From the NCBI GenBank assembly GCA_963823555.1, contig CAWGMA010000002.1, positions 224,001 to 288,000 of the forward strand: a DNA stretch of 64,000 nt, in the 5' to 3' direction. This DNA is from Candidatus Eiseniibacteriota bacterium (GTDB lineage: Bacteria > Eisenbacteria > RBG-16-71-46 > CAVPCR01). Positions 28,483 through 37,836 of the stretch are shown here, piece after piece. The notes beneath the pieces were generated by a model, which did not search any database, had not been told where the DNA came from, and saw nothing but the letters and a program-made list of their open reading frames with translations. Numbering within the stretch: the stretch's first letter is position 1; every line of letters starts with the position of its first letter. Made by a program: the position numbers and the translations under genes.

Positions 28483-31327
28483 GCTCTCCGCGACGAACTT
28501 CATGAAGTTCCGCGAGCTCGAGCTCGATGATCTGCCGCGCACGGGCCTCGTCGGCATTCTCGGCGAGAACGAAGCAGGCAAGAGCACCATCGGCCACGCC
28601 ATCTGCTTCGCGCTGTTCGGGCGCACCGCACACCTGGATCAGGAGAGCCTGACCTCCCTCATCCGATGGGGTGCCGACTTCACCGAAGTCGAGCTGTGTT
28701 TCGAGATCCCCGGCCGTGGTTCATTCCGCGTGTTCCGCGAACTCGACCGCCTGGGAGAGCATCTGGCCCAGCTCGAGGACCTGGACGGTGGTCGTGCCGT
28801 GGGTGGGACCTATCAGGTGGCCTGCGAGCTCAATCAGCTCCTTGGTTACTCCTATGCTGATTTCCGTTCGAGCTTGTTCATGGCTCAGGGTGAGCTCGAT
28901 CAGCCGCGGGAACGCGAAGATCTCGCGGCGTCCATCGATCGCCTGAGCGGCGCACGGCTCTTCCAGCGAGCGGTCGCGCTGTCGAAGCAGCATGTGACCG
29001 AGCTCATGCGGGTGCGCTCCGAGGTGGAGCAGTCCCTGGCTGCCGCGCTCCCGGCCCGCACCACGGGCGCCGCCGCCGAGGAGGCCACGCTGCTCGCCGT
29101 CATCACCGACCACGATCGAGAGCTCGATTCACTCCGCAATCAGCTCGCCGAACGCGAGGCTCACGTCGGGCGGGTCCGGGATCGCCTCCGGCTCCGCGAT
29201 GAGCTGGCCCAGGGCCTCGATCGGCTGGCCGCGATGGCTGGAGCTCGCGACCTGGCGTCGCGGCTGGATCCGCTCCGGACCGCCATCCGTGCCGGCCTGG
29301 CCGCGCTGCCCGCTGAACGTGCCAGCGCCGCGCTGAGGGCGTTGACGGCTCGCGAGAAGCGGGGACGCAGCGAGCATTTCCAGGAGGAACTTGCGCGTTT
29401 TGCCGAGCGGGTCGCCGCGCGGCGCAACGATCTCCAGCGGATGCTCGATCCCGGGCGCAGCGGCAGTGTCGTCGACTACCGGCTGTGCGTGGTTGCAGAG
29501 GCCACGCACTCCGTGCGGCGCGGTCAGCGGTTGGTTCTGATCGGGCTCGTGCTTGCCATCGGCGGCGTGCTGGGCGCCATCCTCACCGGAATCGATCTGC
29601 CATTTCTCAAGGTGGCGCCCGTGTTCGGCAAGAAGATGGCCTATCGTTTTCCGGACTGGATTCCCTACATCGACTTCTTCGCCGCGGTCGTGGGCGTGGC
29701 CCTGACCGGGGCCGGTCTGTGGCAGCGCCGGCTGGGCAGGAAGGCGGCGGCTCGATACGAGCATGAGCTCGCCGAGATCGACGAACGCATCGAGGAGCTC
29801 CAGCACGAGTCGCAATTGCTCATGACACACGATCCCCTGGTCCTGATCCAGCGCGATTCGATCTTCGCGGTGAACGACCCTGGGCTCCGCGAGATGGTCG
29901 CGCGCCTCAAGGGCGAGTACGGGACCATGATCGTCATGGAGGATGCTGCCGAGGTCCAAGCTGGTCCCGAGGCCGGGGAGGAAGTCGAGAAGGAAGAGCA
30001 TCGCTTCCATGATCTCGGCGCTGCCGCCGAGCGGTTGGAGCGCGGCCTGGATCGTCTCGATTCCTGCCGTGACTTGCTGCGCCAGCTGGGGATCGTGGAT
30101 CGCATCGACGTCGAGGAACACGGCGAGGACGCGAGTGAGATCCTGACCATGGCTCCGGCGGACGGGACGGTCCCTCCCGCGAGGGGTGACGATCCCGCCG
30201 CAGGTCGTGAGACCGGAGCGGGGCATGAGCCGATCCCCGCTCTCCTCGATCGCCTCGAGCAATTCGAATCCGAGATGACGGTTGTTCTCCGGCGGCTCGA
30301 GGGTGAGACCGGCGCCACGGCTGTACCCGCGATTGCCGACGTGGCTCTCGAGGTGCTGGGGGAGGAGTCTCTGGCCGAGTCGCCGCTCACCCTTGCCGAG
30401 CGAGCGGTGGCCCTGGAGCGACTTTCCAGGGAGATGGCCGGGAATCAAGCGGTCCACGCCCAGCTCCAGGATCTCGTCGCCCGGGCCGAGGAGGCGGATG
30501 CCCAGGTCGGAGCCGCCAGGTCCCTCTCGCCCGTTGCCAGCGGAGCGCTGGCCCGCGTTGCGGACCGGGCCGACGCCGCCCTTGCAGCCCTGCCCGAGGC
30601 GGAGCCGCTGGCCGACGAGCTGCGCTCGGCCAGCGAAGAGCGAGATGCGCTCGCCCGCCGCATGGGCGCGCTCGAAGGGGATCTTGCCTCATGCCGCGCC
30701 GAGTTCGCCGTCCGGCAGGAGGAGTTCGGACTTCTCCGGCAAGCCCGTGCGGAGACCGACGAGCTCGAATCGCGCCGCCAGGAGCTGGACACCGATCTGG
30801 AGAAGGAGCACCTGGCCGCGAAGCTGCTCGATGGCGCTGCGCAGCAGCTGGGAGGGCGAGTCGTCCCGCACCTCACGCGTGCCATCGGTCGCGCGCTGGG
30901 TCGAATCACGGGCGGACGTTACAGCCGCGTGGAGATCAGTCGCGGGACCCGAGTGCGAGTCTATTCCGACGAGAAGGATGCCTTCGTCGACCCCACCGAG
31001 CTATCGAGTGGGACGCAATCTCAGATCCACCTCGCTGTGCGCCTCGGTTTCGCCGAGGCCCTGCTCTTGGCCAAGGGGCTCAGGGGAGCCCATTTCCTCT
31101 TCCTCGACGAGCCCCTGGGCGGGTTCGATCCGCAGCGGAGCCGCGGGTTCATCGATCTCCTGCGCGAGTTCACGCCGGTATTTCCCCAGATCTTCTTCGC
31201 TGCCGGCGATACCGGTCTGGGGCATGCCTTCGAGCAGGTGGTGGAGGTGAACCATGCAGCCAGCGAGCTCCGTCTGAGTGCGGAGGACGTGGTGGTGCCG
31301 GTAGAGGCGTTCGAGCACCAGACCTGA
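28469..31327 (+). CDS. Rad50/SbcC/YhaN-like SMC-family ATPase with a central transmembrane hairpin
   Basis: Walker A GENEAGKST, Q-loop, coiled coils, signature LSSGTQSQ, Walker B FLFLDEP and two hydrophobic helices mid-protein. Confidence 0.85.
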   Translation: MILTKLSATNFMKFRELELDDLPRTGLVGILGENEAGKSTIGHAICFALFGRTAHLDQESLTSLIRWGADFTEVELCFEIPGRGSFRVFRELDRLGEHLAQLEDLDGGRAVGGTYQVACELNQLLGYSYADFRSSLFMAQGELDQPREREDLAASIDRLSGARLFQRAVALSKQHVTELMRVRSEVEQSLAAALPARTTGAAAEEATLLAVITDHDRELDSLRNQLAEREAHVGRVRDRLRLRDELAQGLDRLAAMAGARDLASRLDPLRTAIRAGLAALPAERASAALRALTAREKRGRSEHFQEELARFAERVAARRNDLQRMLDPGRSGSVVDYRLCVVAEATHSVRRGQRLVLIGLVLAIGGVLGAILTGIDLPFLKVAPVFGKKMAYRFPDWIPYIDFFAAVVGVALTGAGLWQRRLGRKAAARYEHELAEIDERIEELQHESQLLMTHDPLVLIQRDSIFAVNDPGLREMVARLKGEYGTMIVMEDAAEVQAGPEAGEEVEKEEHRFHDLGAAAERLERGLDRLDSCRDLLRQLGIVDRIDVEEHGEDASEILTMAPADGTVPPARGDDPAAGRETGAGHEPIPALLDRLEQFESEMTVVLRRLEGETGATAVPAIADVALEVLGEESLAESPLTLAERAVALERLSREMAGNQAVHAQLQDLVARAEEADAQVGAARSLSPVASGALARVADRADAALAALPEAEPLADELRSASEERDALARRMGALEGDLASCRAEFAVRQEEFGLLRQARAETDELESRRQELDTDLEKEHLAAKLLDGAAQQLGGRVVPHLTRAIGRALGRITGGRYSRVEISRGTRVRVYSDEKDAFVDPTELSSGTQSQIHLAVRLGFAEALLLAKGLRGAHFLFLDEPLGGFDPQRSRGFIDLLREFTPVFPQIFFAAGDTGLGHAFEQVVEVNHAASELRLSAEDVVVPVEAFEHQT

Positions 31328-31413
31328 GCGCCTGGAGCGGCCCCCCCGCCCCGGAGCGTTCGAGCACTCGAGCGCCGCGGTCCACCTCTGATCGTCAGCG
31401 TTTCAGCCCGTCT

Positions 31414-32370
31414 CTATTCCTCATCGAGTCCGTCCAGGATCCGGCAGTAGCTCGTGTAACGGCGAGACGAGATGATGCCGGCCGTCACCGCTTCCTTGAC
31501 GGCGCAATCCGGCTCGTGGCTGTGCGTGCAGTTCGCGAACCGGCATCGAGAGCGCAGTGCGAACATCTCGGGGAAGTGGCGATCGAGCTCGAGCGGGTCC
31601 GTTTCCCACAGGGTGTAGGCGCGGATCCCCGGGGTGTCGATGACGAAGCCGCCCTCCGCAAGCGGCAGCAGACTCGAATACGTCGTCGTGTGCCGTCCCT
31701 TTCCGGTGGCAGCGGAGATCTCCCCCGAATGGAGTTCGAGTCCGGGTTCGACGGCATTCAAGAGCGCTGATTTCCCCACGCCGGACTTTCCCGCGAAGAC
31801 GCTGGTTCGCCCGGCAAGTTGCCGGCGGAGGGCCTCGATCCCTGTGCCCGTCGCCGCGCTCGTCCAGAGAACCGGGATGCCGAGGGAGAGATAGGGTTCG
31901 ACCTCGGGCTCGGCCGCGGCACGATCCCCGAGGTCGACCTTGTTGATGCAGATCGCCGGGGCCAGGCCGCCGCGGCCCGCGGCCACCAGGTAGCGGTCGA
32001 CCAGGTTCAGATTGAGCGCCGGCTCGGCCAGGGAGCAGACGATCACGACCTGATCGATGTTGGCTGCGACCACATGCTCCTTGGCGTGCGACCCCCGTGC
32101 CCGCCGGGAGAGCTTCGTGCGGCGGGGCAGGATCTCCTCGATCGCGCCGCGGCCCCCGCCGAGAACGCGGATCCGGACCTCGTCGCCTACCGCCAGGAGC
32201 CTCTTCTGCGGCACCTTGCTCTCCGCCAGACGACCGCGGAGAACGCAGGGCAGCGTACCGATCGGGGTCGCGACCTGGCTCGATCTGGCATCGATGCGGA
32301 CGACCCTTCCCGTCAAGGACTCCGGGTCGCTGGCAGATGTCGTCGAGGATGATCTTCGGCTGGCGTTCAT
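31414..32370 (-). CDS. rsgA: Ribosome small subunit-dependent GTPase A
   Basis: AVGD, PRRT, ANID, NKVD, GKSGVGKS, GRHTTT, DTPG and CRFANCTHSHEPDC. Confidence 0.95.
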   Translation of the reverse strand: MNASRRSSSTTSASDPESLTGRVVRIDARSSQVATPIGTLPCVLRGRLAESKVPQKRLLAVGDEVRIRVLGGGRGAIEEILPRRTKLSRRARGSHAKEHVVAANIDQVVIVCSLAEPALNLNLVDRYLVAAGRGGLAPAICINKVDLGDRAAAEPEVEPYLSLGIPVLWTSAATGTGIEALRRQLAGRTSVFAGKSGVGKSALLNAVEPGLELHSGEISAATGKGRHTTTYSSLLPLAEGGFVIDTPGIRAYTLWETDPLELDRHFPEMFALRSRCRFANCTHSHEPDCAVKEAVTAGIISSRRYTSYCRILDGLDEE

Positions 32371-32637
32371 ATCATGGCGATCTGGAGGTCGCGGCGGATC
32401 TCGTCCGCTGCACAGTGCGTCTTTCCAGGATTGCAGCTTGAGAATGCGGGCATCCTGCAATGAGACAGCCGGAAGTCCCCGGCCGCAAGCCGTCGTTTCC
32501 GGGTGTCGGTGAAGGGGTCGATCCGTTCCCCGGATCCGGCCCCCACCAGGGCTCCCCCCCCGTAACTGCCGCAGCCGCGCGGAACTGGGGCCCGGATCCG
32601 GAAGCCACCGAGATCAGATCGGCATGCCGCTCGAGAC

Positions 32638-32653
32638 TGGCATTGTCCTTGCC
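32638..32653 (+). promoter_or_regulatory. Sigma54 (-24/-12) promoter of the pilin gene
   Basis: TGGCATTGTCCTTGC with exact GG-N10-GC spacing, upstream of a type IV pilin. Confidence 0.65.
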
Positions 32654-32739
32654 TCAGGGTATGTCGGCAAGACCGATTGCGAGCCCCGCCCCGGGTGCTC
32701 CTCCTCCCGCTGCTCGGGCAGCAGAAAGTCACGACCGCC

Positions 32740-33180
32740 GTGGACCGACCACCCGCCATCTCCCCCTCGTCCGCCACCGCTCGCGGCCGGTGTGGGGGGA
32801 CACGCTTCCGGAAGGGGAGTGCCGGTTTCACACTGGTCGAACTCTCGGTCGTGCTCATGATCATCGGCCTGCTCGTGGTCCTCGGGGTGCCCTATTTTTC
32901 CGAGGGCAAGGTCGGGGCGCAGCGCAATGCATGCCTGGCGCAACAGCGCATGATCTACGAGGCCGCGCTCATCTACTGCGGGACCAACGGGGCCGCTGAC
33001 GGCAACATGAGTGTCTCGGTGCTCCTGCCCAATCTCCTGCAGTCCGAGGCCGGAGACTGCCCATCGAACCAGGATGGCTCGCAGGATGACTACACGATCG
33101 TCATCCAGGGCGGACAGCCGGTCGACGTGATCTGTGGCATCAAGGGTGACGGGCACCCCTGGCATCCCCTCTCCGAATAG
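32740..33180 (+). CDS. Type IV pilin / prepilin-type N-terminal methylation protein (start uncertain)
   Basis: Basic leader then G|FTLVE, a hydrophobic helix and a Cys-containing globular domain. Confidence 0.85.
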   Translation: MDRPPAISPSSATARGRCGGTRFRKGSAGFTLVELSVVLMIIGLLVVLGVPYFSEGKVGAQRNACLAQQRMIYEAALIYCGTNGAADGNMSVSVLLPNLLQSEAGDCPSNQDGSQDDYTIVIQGGQPVDVICGIKGDGHPWHPLSE

Positions 33181-33429
33181 CCCCCGCCGGCCATCCGCTC
33201 AAGCTCCTCCCCCACGCCAGCAAAAAAAAGCGAACTCCGGCGGCGGCGGACGCGTCTACCGGGTGCCAGAGGAGCGGCCCGTGGGTGGACGGACGCCGTA
33301 CGAAAAGCGCTGGGGGCAGCGTGGGATCTCGAATGAGATCCCGCGGGAGGCTGCCGTCCCCCCGGGCCCTCTTCATCCGGCTTCTAAGGCGACCATCATC
33401 GCCGGGTTCCGCTGAAGGAGCGTGTTGCC

Positions 33430-34200
33430 ATGATCCAACATTCGGGTCAAACCTTCGGACTCCGGCTGCGATCGGCAGCGAGCGTCCTCACTTTCCTCAT
33501 GCTGGCCGCCGTCGTGGCGATCGGGATCGGGGCGGATGTGCAGGCGGCCTCGGGTTCCGGGCCGCCGGATCCGTTGCCGGGGGCCAGCCCCAGCAAGAAG
33601 ATCAACCGGCAGGTCGATCTCTTCGCGCGCATGATCGATAACACGCTGGTCGAGAGCGAGCATGCGCTCGTGTCGCGGGGGCGCAATGCGACGGGAGCCT
33701 ACGTTCCGAACCAGGGCGCCTTGTTCGCCTTCGAGTTCTCTCTCGTCGGTGGCTGGACCATGGCCGGGCCCCAGCTGAGCTATCTCCACGTCCTGGGAGA
33801 TCTCGATGACTCGCTGATCGAGCTCGAGGATCTGAAGGAGCTCAAGGACTTGAAGGACCTCGACCTGGATGAGCTCAAGAAGCAGGGTAAGGACGAGGAG
33901 ATCGAGAAGAAGCTCAGAGCGGCCAAGGCCGAGGCGAGCGTCCGGCAGACCGAGCAGTACCAGAATGTGAAGGCAGAGCTCGTGGATATGCTCGCCCAGT
34001 ACGGCGATCTGCTGGATGAGATTCCCGGCGACGAGTGGGTGACATTGATCGCCCGGCCGAGTCGCGGAGATTGGGGTGAGAAGGACGTGACCAAGCTGGT
34101 GATGCGCGTGCGACGCCGCGATGTCACCGATCGCGTCGATGAGAAGATCGACGATGCCGCGTTCCGCAAGCGTTTCGTCGTCGAGGAGTACAGCGGGTAG
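33430..34200 (+). CDS. Exported hypothetical protein
   Basis: AAGGAG RBS, signal peptide, host-like codon usage, no recognised domain. Confidence 0.7.
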   Translation: MIQHSGQTFGLRLRSAASVLTFLMLAAVVAIGIGADVQAASGSGPPDPLPGASPSKKINRQVDLFARMIDNTLVESEHALVSRGRNATGAYVPNQGALFAFEFSLVGGWTMAGPQLSYLHVLGDLDDSLIELEDLKELKDLKDLDLDELKKQGKDEEIEKKLRAAKAEASVRQTEQYQNVKAELVDMLAQYGDLLDEIPGDEWVTLIARPSRGDWGEKDVTKLVMRVRRRDVTDRVDEKIDDAAFRKRFVVEEYSG

Positions 34201-34279
34201 CCGAGAACCGATGCGTTGAAGAGTGGGTCCTGGAAAGCCGATCGCCCGGCCTGGTGCCGGGCGATCGCTTTGGGGCCGG

Positions 34280-35101
34280 CTAGTTCTTGCGTGCGGCGCG
34301 GAGCTCGGATTCGACCTGAGCCGCCGTCATCGGATCGCCGGCGTCCTCGAGCAGGCGCTTGGCCTTCTCGAAATGCTCCACCGCGCCAGCGGTGTTCCCC
34401 ATGCGGGCCAGGGCACGGGCGTAGTCGCGCTCGTAGTACCAGTTCTTGCTGTCGAGGCCGATGGCCCAGCGGAACTCGGTCATCGATTCCTCGAGGCGTC
34501 CCGCTTCACTGAGGAGCACGGCTTTGCCGTAGCGTGGTTCCGGCGTTCCGGGCTTCTGCTGGGCCACGGCATCGAAGTACTCGATTGCTGGCGCGATGTC
34601 GGTCCCCTGTCGGGCGCGGGCCCGCGCGAATCCCCCGACCGAGGCCGGCGATATGTTGTCGATGATGAGCGCGCGCTGGAAGTGACGGACCGCGACATCG
34701 GGACGTTGGCGGCCGAGCTCGAGATCGCCGAGCGCGGTGTGCAGGTTGATGTCGCTGGGCCGGAGCGGGATGCAGTCCTCGATGACACGCACCCCGATCC
34801 AGGGGATGCCGCCGTCCAGTGCGGCGGTGACCACCGCTCGCTCCAGGCGGCCATCGTCCGGCCCGGCGAGAACCTGCGGGTGCAGGAGGGCGAGAGCGGA
34901 ATCGGCCAATCCGGATGCGACGAGATCCTGGACCTGCTTGAGGAGGCGCGCGGTCTCGTCCTGGGTGGCCCCCCGGGCGGGGTGCGCTGGCGGGCCTGCC
35001 GCCATGGCAGCCGCCACCAGAACCGCGGCCAGCACAGGTCGAATCCGGGAGCGGAGCGCGGCAGGAGCGACACTCGGTTGTGATCGGGTGATGGGAGTCA
35101 T
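34280..35101 (-). CDS. Exported tetratricopeptide repeat protein
   Basis: Signal peptide followed by several TPR units. Confidence 0.75.
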   Translation of the reverse strand: MTPITRSQPSVAPAALRSRIRPVLAAVLVAAAMAAGPPAHPARGATQDETARLLKQVQDLVASGLADSALALLHPQVLAGPDDGRLERAVVTAALDGGIPWIGVRVIEDCIPLRPSDINLHTALGDLELGRQRPDVAVRHFQRALIIDNISPASVGGFARARARQGTDIAPAIEYFDAVAQQKPGTPEPRYGKAVLLSEAGRLEESMTEFRWAIGLDSKNWYYERDYARALARMGNTAGAVEHFEKAKRLLEDAGDPMTAAQVESELRAARKN

Positions 35102-35168
35102 GAGGCCGGCGATTCTACCAACTAGGGAGGAGGGAAACAACCGGGGCGACGGCGTGGCCGGAGGGCAC

Positions 35169-35210
35169 AAAGAAAACGGGCGCCGGACGTTCCCGAACAG
35201 CCCCGCTTCT
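35169..35210 (-). terminator. Putative intrinsic terminator downstream of the small ORF
   Basis: Imperfect GC stem followed by TTTTCTTT on the minus strand. Confidence 0.4.
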
Positions 35211-35318
35211 GATTGGGCCCCCCTGCGGGCCCATCACCCACTTGAGCGCTATGGGCTTCAGGATGCTCCGGCGCCCCCGCCTCGTTGGATCTCCATTCGC
35301 TTCACTCCATGCTACCCA

Positions 35319-35534
35319 TCAGATGGCGGCCAGGTTCCAGCCCAGATGCTCCGCCTCGAAGTCCGCTGCCGAGAAGCGCTTCTCGCACTTCTCGAGAGCG
35401 AGGCCGGCCAGATGGAGCTGGGCCGCGTTCAACGGGGTCGGGTCACGAAGGTAGACACTGTAGGTATCGAGGAAGGCGTCCCAACGCATCCGACGTTCGA
35501 CCTCGCGGTCTGGGATGAGGATCTCTGCTTGCAT
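35319..35534 (-). CDS. Small hypothetical protein (71 aa)
   Basis: Purine-rich RBS before MQAEILIPD, protein-like sequence and a downstream terminator. Confidence 0.55.
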   Translation of the reverse strand: MQAEILIPDREVERRMRWDAFLDTYSVYLRDPTPLNAAQLHLAGLALEKCEKRFSAADFEAEHLGWNLAAI

Positions 35535-35702
35535 CGAGAACACCCCCTTTCCCTCTTCGCCGGCCCGGCGCTGGACCACCGGGATCACCACGTTTCTCCT
35601 ATCTCCTACTACGTCCATTGCGCCTTCTGCTTCTCCACTTATTTGGATACCGTGGATCGGAGTGAGGGTTCCGGAGCCCGGAAGCGGGGATGGGCGGTCC
35701 GG

Positions 35703-36335
35703 CTAGTGGATCCGGGCGCGAGGCGGGATCTCGCTCAGGATGGCGGCTTCGATGCGCGCGATCTCCTCGATGCGGGAGGAAGCTCTGGCGTCACCGACCG
35801 CTCCGGCAGCATGGGTGAAGAAGAGGGTGTGGTGGCGAGCCTCGGCGGTGGCGAGTTCGGCGTAGAAGCGGCGGAGATCCGCCTCGATCGGGGCGGTGGC
35901 CAGGAGCCGGAACCGCTCGCAGGAACGGGCCTCGATGAAGCCACAGCGCACGAGCTGATCGAGGAGTGCCATCTCTGCCGATCCGCCCCGCCGCGTGCGT
36001 TGCTCGAGCAGCTTGACATACTCATCCGTGCCAGGACGGGTGAGCGCCCGCCCCCGCTCGCGCACGAGGGCATGGACCTGTTCGAAGTGCCGCAGCTCCT
36101 CGCGCGCGAGCGCGGTCAGATCGCGCACGAGCGGGCTCCGTTCGGCGAACCGCCCGGCCATCGCCATGGCATTGGCCGCCGCTTTGAGCTCGCAATGAGC
36201 GTGATCGACAAGCAGCGCATCGAGGTCTCCGAGCGCCGCAGCGAGCCAGTCCGGCCCCGTGGCCTTGAGGAGCGGCAGTCCGGCCAGCGGGTCGGCGGGC
36301 AGGTCTGCCTGCGGGGAGGTGCCAGGTGTCATCAT
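35703..36335 (-). CDS. miaE: tRNA-(ms2io6A)-hydroxylase, ferritin-like diiron enzyme
   Basis: DHAHCELKAA, AREELRHF, IEARSCERF and EARH. Confidence 0.92.
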   Translation of the reverse strand: MMTPGTSPQADLPADPLAGLPLLKATGPDWLAAALGDLDALLVDHAHCELKAAANAMAMAGRFAERSPLVRDLTALAREELRHFEQVHALVRERGRALTRPGTDEYVKLLEQRTRRGGSAEMALLDQLVRCGFIEARSCERFRLLATAPIEADLRRFYAELATAEARHHTLFFTHAAGAVGDARASSRIEEIARIEAAILSEIPPRARIH

Positions 36336-36338
36336 TCG

Positions 36339-36812
36339 TTATGAAGCGGTCCCCTTGCTCGCGACATCGAGCGCATCGAGATCGGCCAGGACCTCGGCCG
36401 GATGCGCGCCGGGATCGACCTGGTCGTAGACCTTCCGGATGATGCCATCCCCGTCGATGAGGAAGCTCACGCGTCGCGCGAATCCGGCGTCCGCCGCATC
36501 GCAGGCCCCGTAGGCCAGCCCCATCTTGCGATCGGTGTCCGAGAGCAGGATGTAGGGGAAGGAGAACTTGTCGGCGAAGGCGCAGTTGGCGTCGACCGCG
36601 TCGAAACTCACCCCGACCACTTCGGTGTTTCTCGTCGTGAACTCTTGGATTCGATCCCGGAATCCTTTGCCTTCCAGCGTTCAGCCCGGGGTGTCAGCCT
36701 TGGGATAGAACCATAGGATCACACGTTTGCCGCGAAACTCGGCCAGCGAACGTTGGTGGCCCCGATGGTCGGGGGCGGAGAAGTCGGGAGCTTGGTCACC
36801 AGGTTTGAGCAT
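36339..36812 (-). CDS. bcp: BCP/PrxQ peroxiredoxin with selenocysteine (in-frame UGA at 36683-36681)
   Basis: FYPKADTPG-UGA-TLEGKGFRD continues in frame into VVGVSFD...FPYILLSD...RVSFLID. GGAGGAG RBS at the 36812 start; an alternative start exists at 36884. Confidence 0.88.
36647..36665 (-). promoter_or_regulatory. Bacterial SECIS-like hairpin
   Basis: GGAUUC-CGGGAUC-GAAUCC stem-loop beginning 15 nt after the UGA, with a G-containing apical loop. Confidence 0.65.
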
Positions 36813-36999
36813 GAGCTCTCCTCCGAGGCCCATGGCATCCCGGGCCAGGCCGGCGATGTCACGGAGCTTGCGTCCTAGACCCATGGCAGTCCTCTCGATA
36901 TGACGGTGGGCTTCTAACCAGGCGGTTGCCTGACTGTCACGATACAACGGGCGGCCGGATCGTGAAAGGACCGGATACGGGGGGGCTGGTGGCGCCGGC

Positions 37000-37836
37000 C
37001 TAGCGACCGGTGGACCGGCGGGCGATGCCGATCGCGTTGGGAATCGGCCAGCCGGACTGGACGTCATTGTCTTCGAGGATCATGCCCTCGAAACGGCCGA
37101 CACGCTCGATCTCGCGACCGCCTGATCGCACGAAGAGCTGGGCCTGCGGTCCACCCTCGGCATACATGGCACGGGCGATGCCGAGGGGAAGAGCGAGCAG
37201 AGCGGCGATGAAGTCGTGGGTGGAGTACGGTGAGCGGCAGTGCAGGAAGAGAATGCGACTCGAATCGTCGACCGCGATTGCCGCCGTCGAGAAGCGATTC
37301 GGCTGTTGCTGCCAGACATTCTCCTGGTTGCAGCTCACCATGCGAATGCTCTGAACGAAACTCCGGTAGTGGTCCCGCTGCGCGGCGAAGTCGATACAGG
37401 TCAGATCCAGGATATCGGCCGGCGGCACGCTGTCGGTGACGGCGTCGAATGCCAGCACCGCCCGATCACGGGTGAGGCGGGGGTTGTTCACGTGGTCGGC
37501 GGTTCGCATCATGCTCACGCTGGTCTTGAGATCGGTCTGGTACATGCTGGCGTTGATGGCGGCGACCAGGCCTTTGCGGTCGCACCAGCCGCGCGTGTTC
37601 AGGGCGCGACCTTCTCCTGGCGCTGAAGCGTTGAGGAGTCGGAGCTCGAAGCGGGAAGTGTCGATACGAAGCACCGTGAGGCGTGAGTCGCCCACCGTCG
37701 AGGGTGTGGGCATGGTGAACTCGCCGAGGTCGAGTCCGGGCTCGAGAAGATGCCAGCTCCCGGAGGCTTCGGCTGCGGCGGTCGCGGCGGTCAGCGCGGT
37801 GAAGGCGAAGGCGAGCAGGAGTCGAGGGACGCTCAT
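37000..37836 (-). CDS. Phosphodiester glycosidase (NAGPA/DUF2233) family protein
   Basis: Signal peptide, AAINASMY, TAAIAVD, MYAEGGP and IPNAIGI. Confidence 0.75.
   Translation of the reverse strand: MSVPRLLLAFAFTALTAATAAAEASGSWHLLEPGLDLGEFTMPTPSTVGDSRLTVLRIDTSRFELRLLNASAPGEGRALNTRGWCDRKGLVAAINASMYQTDLKTSVSMMRTADHVNNPRLTRDRAVLAFDAVTDSVPPADILDLTCIDFAAQRDHYRSFVQSIRMVSCNQENVWQQQPNRFSTAAIAVDDSSRILFLHCRSPYSTHDFIAALLALPLGIARAMYAEGGPQAQLFVRSGGREIERVGRFEGMILEDNDVQSGWPIPNAIGIARRSTGR

Noticed and set aside
36339..37067. Two separate ORFs (36339-36620 and 36681-37067) or a nonsense pseudogene
   Set aside because: The stop is UGA precisely at the catalytic Cys, in frame and followed by a SECIS-like hairpin, so a single selenoprotein gene is more parsimonious.
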